Below, piece after piece: positions 43,823-53,413 of a stretch of DNA of 54,714 nucleotides (position 1 is the first letter of the stretch; each line of letters begins with the position of its first letter). Under the pieces are notes generated by a model. It did not search any database, was not told where the DNA came from, and saw nothing but the letters and a program-made list of their open reading frames with translations. This stretch comes from an uncultured virus (IMG/VR IMGVR_UViG_3300029309_000002). Lineage: Duplodnaviria > Heunggongvirae > Uroviricota > Caudoviricetes. Both the position numbers and the translations under genes were made by a program. Location of the stretch: IMG/VR virus record IMGVR_UViG_3300029309_000002; one strand, 5' to 3'.

Positions 43823-46800
43823 TTATTCATTAATACTGTTATCATTGGTTTTACTTTGCTTACTCTTATTAGAATATTGTAAATTACTTTGTGCAGTTTG
43901 CACCATCTGTTGGTGTTTATACTTATAATACATATCAACCTCTTTTTCACTAAAAGGTTCACCATTTTGTTTAACTAAAGGTGTAGGAGAAGTAAATGAT
44001 CCTAAATTATAATTTGTTCCATCATAAGTGTATTTTGCTTCCTTTGCATAATATACACCATTTCTTTTTTCAAATATAACTTTACCACCTCTATCTATAT
44101 TTATAATATCTTGACCATTAGCTCCTGGAGCACCAATTCTAAATCCTACACCAGAAACATACTGATAAGCAGGATCTTGTGGATCATCATACAATTCTCT
44201 ATTAGCAAATATAGTAATAGTATTGTTAGGAATCTTAAATTTAGTATCTGAAGTAGATAATACTTCTTCTAATGTCCTTGCATAACTTTCATCTAAGATT
44301 ATCTTTTTTACTAACTGAGTACCCTCAGCGCCTTTACCACCACCGTATGGAAAACTCTCTATTCTAAATGAAGGTGACTTACCTTGACCAAATGACTTAG
44401 GACCTCTTTCATAAAGTTGAGCAAGATCTAATTTAACTTGTTTTAAAACTTCTGAGCCTTTTAAAGCTACTTCACCACTAGGTACCTCTACATTATAATT
44501 TTCCATCCACCAAGCTGCAGATTCATTCTTAAGTTTGGTTGGTAAATCTGGACTATATGCATTACCAAAATCACCAACAAGACTTATTTGACCTGTACCA
44601 TATGGTAATTTTTCTACTATATCAAATATCTTTAATGATTCATTTACACCTGCTGGATCAAAGTTAGAATCCACTCTATACTCACGTCCACTAGCTATTG
44701 CTCCGTCACCTGCATCATCTCTACCATAAAATCTTGAATCAAAGTTAAATGCAGTTTGACCAGCTATAGCATTTATACTAGACATCTCTTTATTAATCAT
44801 ACCATGCATTTGACCAACAACTTTTTGTAATTGATCAAATGGTCCAACTAATTCTCTATTTAAAGTACCTTCAGCTTGATCTCTTCTAGTGTACTCAGAC
44901 ATATTATCTCCTCTTTGAGATGGTACATAGTATGTTGCAGCTAATTGCATAGGACTATTTGTTCTAGGATCTACACCAACACTAGCTAAATATTCTGCTA
45001 ATGGTTTTAATTCATTTGCAACATAATAAGATTGCATACCAAATGCAGGCGTACTTCTCCACTGTGCATCAATAACATCATCAGTTATTCTATCTGCACC
45101 GTATCTATCATTTAATACATCTACAAAACTCATAGGTACATTATATATTTCACCAGTTTGTCTATTTCTTGTCTGGTAACTGTTGTTAAGTTGACCACTT
45201 AGACTAAGCTCTATACTTTCCTCAAGACTAGGTATTGTACGTGGTAGTAATGGTAATATTTGACCCAGTACTAAGTTCTTTCTTTCTTCTACAATTTCAT
45301 CTATTGTTCTAATATTACCTCTTCCATCCATAAAATCTACAGGATCACCTTCAAAATTAAATCCTTGTAAACTTTTTTGACTATTTAAACCTAACTTATC
45401 TATAACATTAGCATATACATTTTTCATTTCTTCTTGAGTAATGTCATATCTAGTTTGTATGTTTTCACGCATTACAGTAACCTCTTGCATCTTACCCATA
45501 AAATCACTCATATCATCTTTTTGTATAGAAGGAAATACTTTAGCATAATTATTCATACCATTTTGTACATACTCATAATGTCTTCTAATAAAGTCAGGAT
45601 TAGTTTCTAACAACTTAGGTGTCTCATCCCATGAGTAAAAATCTAACTTACCACTATTATAGTTTGGTACAAATATACCAGCGGTAGATACCTCACCTAA
45701 TTCATCATTTGCAGATGTCAAGGTTAAACTATTCATATTTGCTGTATTTATATCAGAGTTTAACTCGTCTGCAAAATTAGTATAAAACTCTTTTATATAG
45801 TATAAATCAAACTCATCTAATGCTTCTAATGCATTCTTTTGACTTTCTCTATTTGCTCCAATAAAATCTGAATTACCATTTTCATCTACAGGCATAAATA
45901 TCATATTCTCATTTGCATCTCCTGGAAGAGGACCTCCACTGTTAGGAGCAAAAGGATTAAAATTAAATGAGGTTTGATTTTTATTCTTCTCAGCTTGACT
46001 TTTTAATCTTGCTTTTAATCTTGCTAATTCCTCTCTTCTATCTGCTTTATATTTTTCTAATGCAAATTGATTTTCATCTATCTCTCTTATAGATGTTAAA
46101 TCAGCATAATTTTGTGCAGCTTTAAATATTTCTCCTTGTATAGAGTTGTATACATAAGCTGTCATAGCTTTATTAAATTTACCATCTACATCCGGTGTTT
46201 CAGAATTAACAAATTGTACATTTGATTCAGCTTCTTCAAGTCCTTTTTCTAAAGCTCCTCTTGAAGCTATAGTTTGTAGCCAACTTTTATATTCATCTGA
46301 CATCTCAACAAGAGGTGTGTTTTTTACATATGAATCCCAGCTATTAGCTGTTTTATTTAATTTGTCTAATTCTTGTTTACCTTTTTTAATATTTGCTGAT
46401 TCTTCTGTAGTATACTGTGCAATTATCATGTCTGACCAAGCCTCTTTAGCAGCATCCATGTTACCACCATAGTTACCTTTATTAGCTTCCATCCAATCAC
46501 GTGCAGCTACATAACCTTGAACTTGCATACCTTGTTGTATAATAGGATCTCTTCCTAATGCAAACCTAATATGTGATCCAGCTGGATTATATGTCTCAGG
46601 TATTTGTTTTGGATTACTTGTGCTTTCTTTTTTATCAGGATCAAAATTAGGATTATCTATCATTGCTCCAGTTGGTCTAGATAATAATTCTATACCATTT
46701 TCTTGTTCTACAATAAAATTACCAGTTGAATCAAGATACATATTCTTTACTTTAAAACCTTTACCATCTGGTCCACCGGTAGTTAACACCTCCATTGCTC

Positions 46801-47329
46801 TATTATAAAGATCAGGATTTTGAAAGTATTGTGGTAATGCTTTAGTCATAGACTTTTCTCTTGTAGCATTAACAAAGTCATCCATTTGATAACCCATATA
46901 CTTTACACCATCTCCCCAGTACTTAGAATTAGCTTCCTTATCAGAACTATTTTTGTAAGCCTCAGCTTTTTTCATCTCATTTTTGTACTGTTTAGTAAAA
47001 ACAAGATCTCTTACTATATGTTGATCATCATAAAATGGTTTAAATAATGCTTGCGCAGCATCAACATTTTGCGCTAAAGAAAAATCTAAACCCGTAACTT
47101 GTTGTATTTTAGGAGCTAATTCTTTAGTATATTGGTCTCTTACACTTTTATTATCTTCTCTAGATAAATCAGCATAAACAACTTGACCATAAAGATTATT
47201 TAATTGAGCTAAATTCTTATCATATCTATCCTGTCTATTTGCTAAAGCATCAGAAATAAATTTAAAGTCAGGAGTATAAGGCTCACTCTTTGGTATATAA
47301 TCTTTTACGTTTGGTATATATGTTGCCAT
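43823..47329 (-). CDS. Large putative internal virion protein
   Basis: 1168 aa, directly upstream of the vRNAP gene; helical, Asn/Gln-rich. Confidence 0.72.
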   Translation of the reverse strand: MATYIPNVKDYIPKSEPYTPDFKFISDALANRQDRYDKNLAQLNNLYGQVVYADLSREDNKSVRDQYTKELAPKIQQVTGLDFSLAQNVDAAQALFKPFYDDQHIVRDLVFTKQYKNEMKKAEAYKNSSDKEANSKYWGDGVKYMGYQMDDFVNATREKSMTKALPQYFQNPDLYNRAMEVLTTGGPDGKGFKVKNMYLDSTGNFIVEQENGIELLSRPTGAMIDNPNFDPDKKESTSNPKQIPETYNPAGSHIRFALGRDPIIQQGMQVQGYVAARDWMEANKGNYGGNMDAAKEAWSDMIIAQYTTEESANIKKGKQELDKLNKTANSWDSYVKNTPLVEMSDEYKSWLQTIASRGALEKGLEEAESNVQFVNSETPDVDGKFNKAMTAYVYNSIQGEIFKAAQNYADLTSIREIDENQFALEKYKADRREELARLKARLKSQAEKNKNQTSFNFNPFAPNSGGPLPGDANENMIFMPVDENGNSDFIGANRESQKNALEALDEFDLYYIKEFYTNFADELNSDINTANMNSLTLTSANDELGEVSTAGIFVPNYNSGKLDFYSWDETPKLLETNPDFIRRHYEYVQNGMNNYAKVFPSIQKDDMSDFMGKMQEVTVMRENIQTRYDITQEEMKNVYANVIDKLGLNSQKSLQGFNFEGDPVDFMDGRGNIRTIDEIVEERKNLVLGQILPLLPRTIPSLEESIELSLSGQLNNSYQTRNRQTGEIYNVPMSFVDVLNDRYGADRITDDVIDAQWRSTPAFGMQSYYVANELKPLAEYLASVGVDPRTNSPMQLAATYYVPSQRGDNMSEYTRRDQAEGTLNRELVGPFDQLQKVVGQMHGMINKEMSSINAIAGQTAFNFDSRFYGRDDAGDGAIASGREYRVDSNFDPAGVNESLKIFDIVEKLPYGTGQISLVGDFGNAYSPDLPTKLKNESAAWWMENYNVEVPSGEVALKGSEVLKQVKLDLAQLYERGPKSFGQGKSPSFRIESFPYGGGKGAEGTQLVKKIILDESYARTLEEVLSTSDTKFKIPNNTITIFANRELYDDPQDPAYQYVSGVGFRIGAPGANGQDIINIDRGGKVIFEKRNGVYYAKEAKYTYDGTNYNLGSFTSPTPLVKQNGEPFSEKEVDMYYKYKHQQMVQTAQSNLQYSNKSKQSKTNDNSINE

Positions 47330-47346
47330 TTTACAAAATTAATAAT

Positions 47347-50300
47347 TTATGAAATACCCAGAAGGAAATTTCTCATTTTTATTTTACTTTCATTTAGTCT
47401 ACGTTGCTTAGTGCTACCACCACGTTTATACTGTCCTCCAAATCTACTAGTTTCAGTATCATTATTATTTTGATTATTAGTTCTAATATCTGTAGCAAAT
47501 GTATTATTCATACCCTGACCACCTTGTGATTCATACATTTGTTTTGCTAATAATCTTTTTTCTTCTGCAGACATAGCAGGATAATTTGTTTCAACTTCTG
47601 CATATATTTCACTAAATGATTTTTGTGTACCACCTGGATTTTGCAATGCTTGTAGACCATCCTTATTATAGAATTCATATGTACTAAGCTGTGGATTGTA
47701 AAAATAATTAGGATTCTGCATATTAAGCTCTAGTAATTTATCTGCATTATCTCTCCTTGTTATCTCAGCATCTTTTAGATTTTCAAGATCTTGTAACCTA
47801 GTATTATCATATTCCTGTAATGCAGTATTAACTTCATCAGTATAAACATTATTAAATGCAGCATTTTTTTGTGCAGCTTCATTTAATGTAGCTATATTAT
47901 AAGCTTGTGTATTGTCAAATATTTTAGTATTTGTTTGTGCTGATTTATTAATTGCTCTTTCTATAGCTTCTTGAGCTTTACCTTCAGCAAATAATGAATC
48001 ATCACCCATATCAGCTTGAGCATTTACAGCTGCTGTTATTGCTGCTATTTCTTGTCTAGGTCCAACATATCCAGGATCTCTTAGATATGGTATATACTGC
48101 TCTCTATCCGGTAAATACAATTCTCTATTATTTACAGTTTGAGCTGCAAATAACATTTCTTGATCATCACCAGGGAATGTTAAATATGGTGGAACCTTAC
48201 CAGGTACTGGATCTGGTGGTCTTTCCATACAACTACATGTAGCTCTGTTAAAAATCTTACCAGCTTCCTGACATTCTTTCATCAGTCTTTCTTGTTTTTC
48301 TTGAGGACAATCATTTTCAACTGTAGTTGTGTCAACTGGATCTTTTATACTAACAAACTGTCCTTCAGATGTAGATCCTAAGAAACCATCAGCATCTGAT
48401 TGTGGTTCACCTGTACTAGACTGATGTGTTGTTCCTCTATCTAATCCTCTAAGCTCTGTACTAACATTACTAAATAAATCTTTATATTCTGGTAATTTTT
48501 TAGTCTCATTAAGAGAAGCATACATACCTTGCCAAGCTTTTATTTCTTCCTTAGTCATTTCACGCAGACCATACTTCTTAGCAAGTGCTTTATAATTTTC
48601 ACCACTATTACCTAGTGCTTCATCTGCTTGATCAAAAATTAAAAGTTGTGAATTAAGCTCATTAAATATAGAAAGTAACTCATCATTACTATATTTCTCA
48701 GGATAAGATATATCATGACCAGCACTATTCTTTTTACCTCTAAAATTTTCAATACCATCTCTATAAGATCTAAACCATTCCTCTCTCATAGGTGCAAAGT
48801 TATCTTGACCAATCAAAGCTTGCCAATCCATACTCTTACCCATACCTGGATTATTATATTGTGCATTTGGATCATCCGTATCTACTCTATAATCTCTTGA
48901 CTCAATTGGATAAGAACCATCTTGATTATAGTCAGCATTAGCAGGTAAATTTCCACTTATTGTATATTTTACTTCTGTACCTTCTTCAGCCATAGGCATT
49001 TCAGTAGGAAAACCTTGTGGTTGTTGTTGTTGCTCCATACCTGGGATAAAATCAGATAATGATAAAGTAGTTTGTCTCAATAGTTCTTTATCTTCAAACT
49101 CTTTTAATTTTACTTGTAAAGATCCTATCTCACCATCAATCAGTTGTAATTGCATAGCTAGATTTTCTTGATCTTGTCTATTTTGAAATGCATCAGGATT
49201 AGTTTTATAAGCATTCATTAAAGCTTCTCTTCTCATAGCTAATTCTCGTATGCCCATCATTAGCATTTGCATTTCTGACTGATCTACTGATTGATTCATT
49301 GGTTGGCCACCCATTTGTGCAGGAGATATACTCTGTCCCTTAGTAGTATTCCCTAGCTTACCATCAGGATTAGGTTGAGTACCTATTGTCTGTGCATTGG
49401 TTGTGTTACCTAATTCTAAATCAGGATTTCCACCATCTTGCATACTCATCAAACCTTTTACATATCCAAAAGCATCTTTCATACCTTGCATAGGATCATC
49501 TATTATATAATCAAATTGTTCTCCAGGTATAAACTCTTTTAACATATTACCAAATCCTGCTTGTTGTGTATTTATAGGAGCAGTTGGCATCATGTTTTCA
49601 TGATCTGGCATTATTTCAGAACTAATCTCAGGAGCTCTCATTTGATCTATAGCTTTTGTCTTGTAGCTCTCATACATAAATCTTGTTTGTTGATTATCTT
49701 TCATTCTGTATTGTTTTGCCCATTGCTCAAAACTACAGATTGTTGTTTTACAATCAACTACTGATTCTTCTACTGATCTTAGTATTCTTTGCTTATAAGT
49801 TTCTGCACCACCGTCACCACCGTTTTGCATTCTAGGTGGCATTTTAGGAACCTTTAATTCTAAACCCATTGCTCCCATTGGTGCACCAAAATTTTCATCT
49901 ACATCTCCATAAGGTGTGCGTACACCTTCAGATCCTGCAGCAGCAGTAGCATCAGTACTTCCTAAATTATCTGCCATATTACCTCCTAAATTTGCCATAG
50001 GTTGTTGTGGCATACCTTGACTTTGCTGCATAGCCATAGCCATTTGTTGCATTTGTTCTGGTGATGGTTGTCCTTGATTTGGAGCTGGAGCTTGTGGTGT
50101 TTGTTGTTGTGACGCTTGTGCTTTTGATTTTTCAATTTGCTGCTCTACCATTCTAGGATCAATACCATTCTCTAATAGATAAGGATACGCTGCAATAGGT
50201 AAACCTTCTTCAAAGTTCTTTTTTCTTTCTTGTATAAATGCTAACTGTGATAATTTAACTTTATTCTTTTTTATCATTGCTTCAGCAGTAGATATTGCAA

Positions 50301-50745
50301 GCTCATCAGATCCTTCATCAGTAAGAATATCCATAAATTCTTTTATTGCAAACTTCTTAGATGCTTTAGCTGGTGTAATTCTTTTCTTCCCTTTTATACC
50401 TAACTCTGCCATTTCATCTTTTGTTAATAGCATTTTTCTTGTGTCAGAGTAAATAAAAGATTGCTCAGGTAAATTTAATGGAGTGCCACCTTGTGAATGA
50501 CGCTTACCTCCTATATTATACATTTGATAAGTCCCATCACCTCCAATATCAGTTAAAACTGTCTCACCCTTTTCTGCTTCTATATTAGCCTCATCTCTTG
50601 GAACAGGTTGTAATGTTGTAGCAATAGATTGTTTATCATCATAATTAGAACCCATAGATTGTCCTCCATAGCTAGCTTCTTTAACAACCTTGCCGTTTTT
50701 TAAAGTGTATCCTTTTGGTAACTTATTTATTTTAATTTTTGCCAT
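47347..50745 (-). CDS. Large putative internal virion protein
   Basis: 1132 aa; N-terminal NIEAEKGE...GKRHSQGG domain, Gln/Met/Pro-rich linkers, repeated MQxGG-type motifs. Confidence 0.72.
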   Translation of the reverse strand: MAKIKINKLPKGYTLKNGKVVKEASYGGQSMGSNYDDKQSIATTLQPVPRDEANIEAEKGETVLTDIGGDGTYQMYNIGGKRHSQGGTPLNLPEQSFIYSDTRKMLLTKDEMAELGIKGKKRITPAKASKKFAIKEFMDILTDEGSDELAISTAEAMIKKNKVKLSQLAFIQERKKNFEEGLPIAAYPYLLENGIDPRMVEQQIEKSKAQASQQQTPQAPAPNQGQPSPEQMQQMAMAMQQSQGMPQQPMANLGGNMADNLGSTDATAAAGSEGVRTPYGDVDENFGAPMGAMGLELKVPKMPPRMQNGGDGGAETYKQRILRSVEESVVDCKTTICSFEQWAKQYRMKDNQQTRFMYESYKTKAIDQMRAPEISSEIMPDHENMMPTAPINTQQAGFGNMLKEFIPGEQFDYIIDDPMQGMKDAFGYVKGLMSMQDGGNPDLELGNTTNAQTIGTQPNPDGKLGNTTKGQSISPAQMGGQPMNQSVDQSEMQMLMMGIRELAMRREALMNAYKTNPDAFQNRQDQENLAMQLQLIDGEIGSLQVKLKEFEDKELLRQTTLSLSDFIPGMEQQQQPQGFPTEMPMAEEGTEVKYTISGNLPANADYNQDGSYPIESRDYRVDTDDPNAQYNNPGMGKSMDWQALIGQDNFAPMREEWFRSYRDGIENFRGKKNSAGHDISYPEKYSNDELLSIFNELNSQLLIFDQADEALGNSGENYKALAKKYGLREMTKEEIKAWQGMYASLNETKKLPEYKDLFSNVSTELRGLDRGTTHQSSTGEPQSDADGFLGSTSEGQFVSIKDPVDTTTVENDCPQEKQERLMKECQEAGKIFNRATCSCMERPPDPVPGKVPPYLTFPGDDQEMLFAAQTVNNRELYLPDREQYIPYLRDPGYVGPRQEIAAITAAVNAQADMGDDSLFAEGKAQEAIERAINKSAQTNTKIFDNTQAYNIATLNEAAQKNAAFNNVYTDEVNTALQEYDNTRLQDLENLKDAEITRRDNADKLLELNMQNPNYFYNPQLSTYEFYNKDGLQALQNPGGTQKSFSEIYAEVETNYPAMSAEEKRLLAKQMYESQGGQGMNNTFATDIRTNNQNNNDTETSRFGGQYKRGGSTKQRRLNESKIKMRNFLLGIS

Positions 50746-50747
50746 AA

Positions 50748-53351
50748 TTATAATATTTCAATATCTGCTCCTGCAGCCATTAGTTCTTTTAAAGTATCAA
50801 TATCAACATCTACTACTTGTCCTCCATCTTGCATTTGTTTTTGTAAATATATCTCATCAAACCTCATTGTAGTAGGAGTGGGTATATATTGTAATAACAT
50901 AGAATAATCAGGACCTTGTTGTGGACTTACTGGTTGTCCTCCTAATTGTGATGCTCCATATATCTCTTCTTGTGTTTCAGACGTAGGACGGAAAGTTCCA
51001 GTCCTAAACTCTCTATCACCTTTAGAAGCTCTTGATGCTTCTATTGTAGGTAAAATCTCCATTACCTCATCACCTTTATTTTCTGCTTCCTGACGTTGTA
51101 CTCTTTCATCAAATGTATTTTTTAATCCTTGGAAAAAGTCTATAGCTCTTTCCCCTAACTGTCCTACTTCAGATGCAACATTAGCAAACTTACTAGTCTT
51201 TAAAAATTTATTAAATCTATTTCCAATATTACCTTTATCAATTTCTATTCCTAAATCATCAGTATCTGTTTCTTCATCACCTTCTGTTACTGGATCAGAA
51301 CTTGGTTGATTAATAGGACCTATAAATGGTTGATCATCAAGTTGAGGATTACCTTGAGGTGATTGAACAAGATCAGGAATAAGATTACCATCTTGATCAA
51401 ATTGTTGAAATGGACCCATTTGTAAAGACATATCCATATAATCAGGCATCCCATCATTATTATTATCTATCTGTGTAAAATTTTGATCTACAGGTGTACC
51501 ATCTTGAGCTCTACGTAAAAATGTTCTTAGTGCACTACCACCATCTTTAAATCTTATTGTACCTCCAAATCTTTCTTCCTCTTGTTCATCTTTAAATTGA
51601 TCATTTATATCTTCTTGAACATTAGTAGTTACAGTATGATCTCTATAATTTTTTGTTGGATCATATGCTTCTGATACTAATTGTCCATCTTTATATCTTG
51701 AAAAAGTTATATTATCTGCATCAAAGTTTCCTTCTTCATCTGAAGCAAAAGCGTAAAGATTATAATCACCTAAGTTTTGTTCTGCTTTATCAAAGGCAGT
51801 CCCATGCTTTTCTATATCAAATTTTTCAACTATTGTAGGACCATATTGAGGATCTCCTGTTGTTTCAAATAATTCTGCATCATAATTTGGATTAGGTACA
51901 GTAACATCATCATATGAAATATTACCACTCAAGTCCATACTTAAATTAGAAAACATATCTGGAAAAGTTTCTGATCTTTCACCAGCTACTTTATTAAAAT
52001 AGTCCATTCTAACTTTATTTGGATCTTGCCATAAATCTTCTTGTTTTATATTTTTTCTATCTTCTTCATTTCCATCAATATATGTTTGAAGTAAATCTTT
52101 ATTTAATATTCTATTTTCTCCAGTTGGATTTGTTACAGTAATAGATTCAAAATTAGATTTTTTATATGGTTGCCCTGTAGCAGGATTAATCATGTTAGGA
52201 AATCCTGCTTTTGCAGCACCGGCAAAATTCTTTATACCTGAGAATAAATTAAATGCATTCATCAAGTTAGTGTTTGCAAAACCTGGAGCAGGAGAACCTA
52301 ATGCTAAATCTACTGATTTCCTTTGAGCCTCCATTATTTCTTTCTGTTTAGCAAGAAAATCTTCTTGATTTTCATCTTCATTTGTTTCAGTACCATCCTG
52401 AGCTATTTGTGATTGAGGAGTATATGCATCTTTAAACATCTCAGCTCTCCTCAGTTTTCTTAATTCTTCTTTAGATAGTTCCTTTTGCTGATCTTCACTT
52501 GTTCTCACTATAGAAGTATCATTATTAACAGGAATGTTTTGTATTGTTCTTCTAGGTATAGTTATAGTATTTTCTTGAGGTACAGCATTTATATTTTCAT
52601 CTTCTTCTATTTTTTCAGGTATCTCAGTAAGTGTTATATTTCCTAAATTAGGCTCATCTATTTTTAAATCATTAGCAGTAAAAACTTGATTTTCAGATGG
52701 TAAATTAGGATATACTGCAGGTGTATTTAATTGATTTGAAAGAGCTATCAATTGTTCTATTTGTGCTTGATTTAAATTACCTTGAAAAGCAGGACTCATT
52801 GGTCCCTTACCAGGCATATTATAAGTATAGCCTCCAGGCATAGAATAGTCAGTTTTATAATCTACAAATACATTTTTTCCTGGTTTCATACCACTTAACA
52901 TACTACTAAAATCAGATGCATTTGATTGAGTATTAATTAAGTTACGTAAATCTTCATCTACAATAACTCTGCTAAAACCTTCATTTGGACCTTGATAATA
53001 AGTAGGCATACTAGAAAATGCATAGTTAGTTCCATATGTAGTTGGATTATCTTGTCTAAATTGCATAGCTGTATTATATTGATCTGAAAATTCAGCTAAT
53101 CCAGGAATCATTTGTGTTTGTGGAATATACTCATCATTTTGTATATTCATATACTGATTTAATAATTGATTTTGTTCATCAGGACTTAGCTCATTAAAAC
53201 CAGGATAGTTGTTTTTAAAATATTCTAAACCCATACTGTTACCTCCACCATTCTGTGCTTTTGGTAAATATGAACTATTTATACCATAGTCAGCCAAAAA
53301 TGGATAAACATTAAAAGTTTGTAAATTTTTATTTTTTTTCTTTCTTGCCAT
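50748..53351 (-). CDS. Putative internal virion protein
   Basis: 867 aa, acidic and low-complexity, repeated AQxG/MQDGG/FKDGG motifs. Confidence 0.72.
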   Translation of the reverse strand: MARKKKNKNLQTFNVYPFLADYGINSSYLPKAQNGGGNSMGLEYFKNNYPGFNELSPDEQNQLLNQYMNIQNDEYIPQTQMIPGLAEFSDQYNTAMQFRQDNPTTYGTNYAFSSMPTYYQGPNEGFSRVIVDEDLRNLINTQSNASDFSSMLSGMKPGKNVFVDYKTDYSMPGGYTYNMPGKGPMSPAFQGNLNQAQIEQLIALSNQLNTPAVYPNLPSENQVFTANDLKIDEPNLGNITLTEIPEKIEEDENINAVPQENTITIPRRTIQNIPVNNDTSIVRTSEDQQKELSKEELRKLRRAEMFKDAYTPQSQIAQDGTETNEDENQEDFLAKQKEIMEAQRKSVDLALGSPAPGFANTNLMNAFNLFSGIKNFAGAAKAGFPNMINPATGQPYKKSNFESITVTNPTGENRILNKDLLQTYIDGNEEDRKNIKQEDLWQDPNKVRMDYFNKVAGERSETFPDMFSNLSMDLSGNISYDDVTVPNPNYDAELFETTGDPQYGPTIVEKFDIEKHGTAFDKAEQNLGDYNLYAFASDEEGNFDADNITFSRYKDGQLVSEAYDPTKNYRDHTVTTNVQEDINDQFKDEQEEERFGGTIRFKDGGSALRTFLRRAQDGTPVDQNFTQIDNNNDGMPDYMDMSLQMGPFQQFDQDGNLIPDLVQSPQGNPQLDDQPFIGPINQPSSDPVTEGDEETDTDDLGIEIDKGNIGNRFNKFLKTSKFANVASEVGQLGERAIDFFQGLKNTFDERVQRQEAENKGDEVMEILPTIEASRASKGDREFRTGTFRPTSETQEEIYGASQLGGQPVSPQQGPDYSMLLQYIPTPTTMRFDEIYLQKQMQDGGQVVDVDIDTLKELMAAGADIEIL

Positions 53352-53378
53352 AATTTTGACTGTAATTTGTACTACATT

Positions 53379-53394
53379 AATAATATACTAAAAA
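53379..53394 (-). promoter_or_regulatory. Putative phage late promoter (TTTTTAGTATATTATT on - strand)
   Basis: Copy of the repeated motif 27 nt upstream of the ATG at 53351, heading the cargo/vRNAP gene run. Confidence 0.6.
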
Positions 53395-53413
53395 AAGACA
53401 ACATAAACTAATT

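Noticed and set aside
24730..51838. Short + strand ORFs inside the giant - strand genes (e.g. 31654-32061, 42721-43113)
   Set aside because: Antisense shadows with Ser/Leu/Ile/Phe-biased composition and no motifs.
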